Shown here: piece after piece, positions 7,346 through 9,984 of the stretch
Layout: every line of letters begins with the position of its first letter
Numbering within the stretch: the first letter of the stretch is position 1
From: a virus
Direction: 5' to 3' (one strand)
IMG/VR virus record: IMGVR_UViG_3300006001_000003
Coordinates: 1-9,984 of that record
DNA length: 9,984 bases
Program-made: the position numbers and the translations under genes
Notes under the pieces: generated by a model
Database searches by the model: none
The model's input: the letters and a program-made list of their open reading frames with translations, nothing else
What the model was told of the DNA's origin: nothing

Positions 7346-7568
7346 AATCAATGCAGCAATGGTAACTTGCCATATGCCTTAAAACCGAGCTGGTTTAGAG
7401 TTTCAGAGGCAGTTGGGTTTCTGGACTTTGTATGGGCGTTGGATAGAGAGAGATGGACTGAGTAATTCCCCTCTTCTTCCAATTCTGGTCCCTCCTTCGA
7501 CTGAAAACACGGGTAGACAGCCGTATGGGGATTGCTTGGTACCTAATGCATCCACGACTGCGCATGCG

Positions 7569-7583
7569 CCAATCCCTTATAAA
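7569..7583 (+). promoter_or_regulatory. Candidate CCAAT + TATA box pair (possible LTR U3 promoter)
   Basis: CCAAT at 7569-7573 followed by TATAAA at 7578-7583. A similar CCAATATAAA lies at 6662-6671. This rests on motifs alone and there is no transcript evidence. Confidence 0.2.
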
Positions 7584-9175
7584 TTGTCGCTGGCGTCACC
7601 CTCGAGGCCGCATTTGGAAGCAGGGTTCAGAGACAAAATCTGCGTCAGGTAGAATGGAAATTTAGGCTCTTTCTAATTGAAACTAAGTAAGGAATCAAAA
7701 TTATACGCAGTCTCTGAGAACCTAGTCAATGTCGCCATCGAACGGAGCAGCCGAACGAAGATTGAACCTATAGGCCACCGGCTACGAAGGAGACAAGAGC
7801 ACTGGACTCACGAGTCAACTGAGCGGAACGCCGCTGACGACTGAGAATCGCGCAGGCGTTACTAGACTCAACTGACGTCGAGAAGGAGGACAGAAGGAAG
7901 CCTACGCTGTACGACCGCAGCAGAAGGTACGCTTCATTGCTTTGTCTTCTTGGCCGCCTATGGACTGGTGAGGAAGCCAGCCGCGGTATCTTCGAGCATT
8001 CATCATTTGTTCTGCAGCCTATCTTCAGCCTGGGGCAGCCAGTAGGGGTGCTGCTCAAATTTTTGGCACTATAGAAGTTACTTTTCAGCTACAAACGCAG
8101 GCTAGGCCAGCCGGGCGTTACTATCTTCAAAAATACGCCGAGGTCGAGAAAACCTAGTCTGGTTTAGTGAACTGGCAAGATGTACTATCTAGCAGAACTC
8201 TGACAGACGATCGCTAGACATTCAACGCAATCAACCGCTTTATGCTCGTTAATAGGACGAGGGCGCTGCCGAAGCTGTTGAATTAAACGATCTAACTGTG
8301 TAGCGATACTGCCTATACGTACAATCAAAGCTTATTCGCTGGGTGGCGTGGTGAATTGTGCGCCGTCACTTTGTCCAGTGCCAGACTCCAGACGTCGCAA
8401 AGAACGCCGCCTATCGAATGAAGTATCACGTTAGCCTGTAGGACCGAATAGAGCTCACGATTCTCTATTCCAAAATTTAAGTGAGCCTTGAGCTGAGCTA
8501 AGTTAAAAATAATAGGGCTATTTCTGTTTTACTATTTATCTGCGAGTTAACTGTTGCGCTCTTGTTTAAAAATCTGATTTGTGTCATCGTGAAGCGGTGA
8601 TACTTAAGTAAACGGAAAGAGCTGAGTGTAGGCTAGCTACTGAGTGATTGAAATGTTAATCATTGATTGGAGGAGAGATTGATTAGCATAATCCGATCTC
8701 TGACTTTCCCAAATTGTAGTCTGTAAGGGATTAGGCTCGGGAGTCGTATCGTATCGTTGATAGATTGAGAAGAAAATCTAAATTACTAAATTATTTCTTT
8801 TGATTAGTAAATGACTTAATCTAATCATTTGGGCATTCGAAGATGTTCTTAGTTAGAGCAATCTAAATTTTAGGTAAGGAATTTCCTAGATTGTAATCGA
8901 CCAAGGAACACAATAAATCCTTGAGTTATTAGGTAAGTAAGTGAGCTCGGTGCAAGTGACACGTCATCGATTTGATCAACGCTGAGGGAAGCTTTGACAC
9001 AGATCGAGTGGATCTGGACACCGTTGCCGTTGTGACGTCACTCACAACCGAGACGAATCAGGTGAGGAGTCATTGGAATCGACGCCTGGTCACCGACATT
9101 GAGGAATGGAATCCTGAAGTCGCTGTTGCAGTAAAGCGCCGATCCAGACAAACACTTCAACCGGAGATCAACTAA

Positions 9176-9651
9176 TTAGGCATCATAATAAACTAGGTTT
9201 ACCAAATATCTTTGTAAAAATTTATTAACTTCTTTTGGACATTGTAATTAATAATTTCGGACTAGACTAGTTTCGGCAATCCTTCTTGGTTCCGTTAATT
9301 CGTTAATTCATAAATTTATTAGTTCAGTTATTAATCCCAGACAATCAAGTTTTAGTAATTATTAAATCAATTAATTAGGTTTAATTAGGAATTAGTAGAT
9401 GTTCTTGTATAACGGTTTCATCATATAGTTTTATTAGTTTGTTATTCATTGTCAATTAAATATTATTTTAATCATTTAACAACCTCTTAGTTTATTTAAT
9501 CAAACCAATCAATCAAATCAATTACAACTTCTTCCAATTAGGTAAGGTTCCTTAGCAAGTTACTTTAGCCAGTAATACCAACCAAATCTACACTTCCTTA
9601 AGTTCCCGTAGGTAAGTTAGGGTCTAGGGAAGATTCAAGTCATCATTCGTC
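9176..9651 (+). other. AT-rich putative leader upstream of the gag ATG, with micro-repeats
   Basis: The region is dominated by AATTA/TTAAT strings. It contains TTTCGG-ACTAG-ACTAG-TTTCGG at 9255-9276, CGTTAATT x2 at 9293-9308, and a CAAT/AATC-like run at 9505-9524. Confidence 0.5.
9610..9617 (+). promoter_or_regulatory. Consensus 5' splice-donor motif AG|GTAAGT in the leader, 40 nt upstream of the gag ATG
   Basis: cgtAGGTAAGTtag was read directly, with the GT at 9612-9613. Its position matches the major splice donor of retroviruses and errantiviruses. Actual use is untested. Confidence 0.35.
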
Positions 9652-9984
9652 ATGTCCGATCGTTCGCGACATTCGGATCAGGAGGACGGGGAGACCGAGC
9701 GTATTGAGGAAGTAGTGGAGGAAAGAGAGTTCCGGAGCATGACGTCACTGAATCCACAACCGTCCTTAACAGAAGCGTTGCTAGCGGAGATGACGCAACA
9801 GATGCAAAGGCAGTCTGAACAAATGAGCATGCAAGCTGAGCAAATGCAACGGTTTCACGTGGAACAGAGTCGAGCATTAGAAAGAAGATTGTCAGATATA
9901 GCAGTTAGCCAGCATGAGGTAATGACCAGCGTCATGGATAGGTTAGAGAGAGTGGAAGCGATGAGACCTGAAGGGACGAACCCA
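9652..9984 (+). CDS. N-terminus of Gag-Pol (true start of the ORF), 3'-truncated by the window end
   Basis: ATG 9652 is the first ATG after the in-frame TAG 9625-9627 and has a purine at -3. It translates to MSDRSRHSDQEDGETERIEEVVEEREFRSMTSLNPQPSLTEALLAEMTQQMQRQSEQMSMQAEQMQRFHV. It then runs in frame (210 nt = 70 codons) into the segment identical to bases 1-123. It is missing from the ORF track only because no stop occurs before the window end. Confidence 0.8.
   Translation, partial: MSDRSRHSDQEDGETERIEEVVEEREFRSMTSLNPQPSLTEALLAEMTQQMQRQSEQMSMQAEQMQRFHVEQSRALERRLSDIAVSQHEVMTSVMDRLERVEAMRPEGTNP
9862..9984. repeat. Right copy of the exact 123-bp terminal direct repeat
   Basis: Identical to 1-123. 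The match runs to the last base of the window, so the true repeat may extend further. Confidence 0.95.

Larger units (their letters stand above)
6163..9651 (+). other. ORF-free region of 3489 bp between the pol stop and the gag start. It must contain 3' UTR, PPT, one LTR, PBS and leader, none of which is delimited.
   Basis: No + strand ORF longer than 79 aa is present, and those present start at non-ATG codons. Stops are dense in all frames. Only one copy lies in the window, so LTR ends cannot be found by self-comparison. Confidence 0.8.
1..9984 (+). mobile_element. Ty3/gypsy-type (Metaviridae-like) LTR-class retrotransposon: one complete 9861-bp unit plus the first 123 bp of the next unit (permuted or tandem view). 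LTR boundaries are not resolvable.
   Basis: A single ORF of about 6.4 kb has the domain order Gag capsid-like, zinc knuckle, PR (DSG), RT (YLDD), RNase H, IN (HHCC + DD35E). IN after RT/RH marks Ty3/gypsy rather than copia. Bases 1-123 equal 9862-9984. No env-like ORF is present. Confidence 0.88.

Noticed and set aside
7591-7608. TGGCGTCACCCTCGAGGC as a tRNA primer-binding site (also TGGTTCCG at 9287)
   Set aside because: Only the first 6-8 nt resemble the tRNA 3' ends I can recall (Asn/Ser-like and Glu-like respectively). The 7591 site sits 8 nt after a TATA box rather than after a CA-terminated LTR. The match is too weak to call.
7834-7840. CUGACGA as a hammerhead ribozyme core
   Set aside because: No following stem II plus GAAA element and no compatible flanking helices could be drawn. 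This is a lone 7-mer match.
8446-8470. Hairpin GAATAGAG-ctcacgatt-CTCTATTC (8-bp stem) as a terminator or structured element
   Set aside because: About one such 8-bp stem is expected by chance in 3.5 kb. It has no U-tract or other context, and rho-independent terminators are not relevant to a eukaryotic Pol II element.

Overview
This window is one eukaryotic Ty3/gypsy-type (Metaviridae-like) LTR-class retrotransposon seen in circularly permuted form. I found no prokaryotic operon, CRISPR array, rRNA gene or tRNA gene. Frame +1 is open from base 1 to the TAG at 6160-6162. It encodes a fused Gag-Pol polyprotein in the order capsid-like Gag, zinc knuckle, DSG aspartic protease, YLDD reverse transcriptase, RNase H, and HHCC plus D,D35E integrase. 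Bases 1-123 are identical to 9862-9984, so the repeat unit is 9861 bp. The true start codon is the ATG at 9652, in the second partial copy. The full ORF is therefore 2123 codons with no frameshift or internal stop, and every catalytic motif I could read is intact. The remaining 3.49 kb (6163-9651) has no credible ORF and must hold the 3' UTR, PPT, one LTR, PBS and leader. None of these can be delimited because only one copy of this region is present. The points most worth a second look are: (1) the terminal redundancy, which could reflect a collapsed assembly, a 1-LTR circle or a tandem array; (2) a roughly 594-aa Gag N-terminal extension with no recognisable domain; (3) a strong, strand-specific excess of consensus 5' splice-donor motifs (AGGTRAG) in the non-coding region, including one 40 nt upstream of the gag ATG; (4) a C-depleted tract rich in GTAATG motifs. 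All comparisons were made by eye and no database search was possible.
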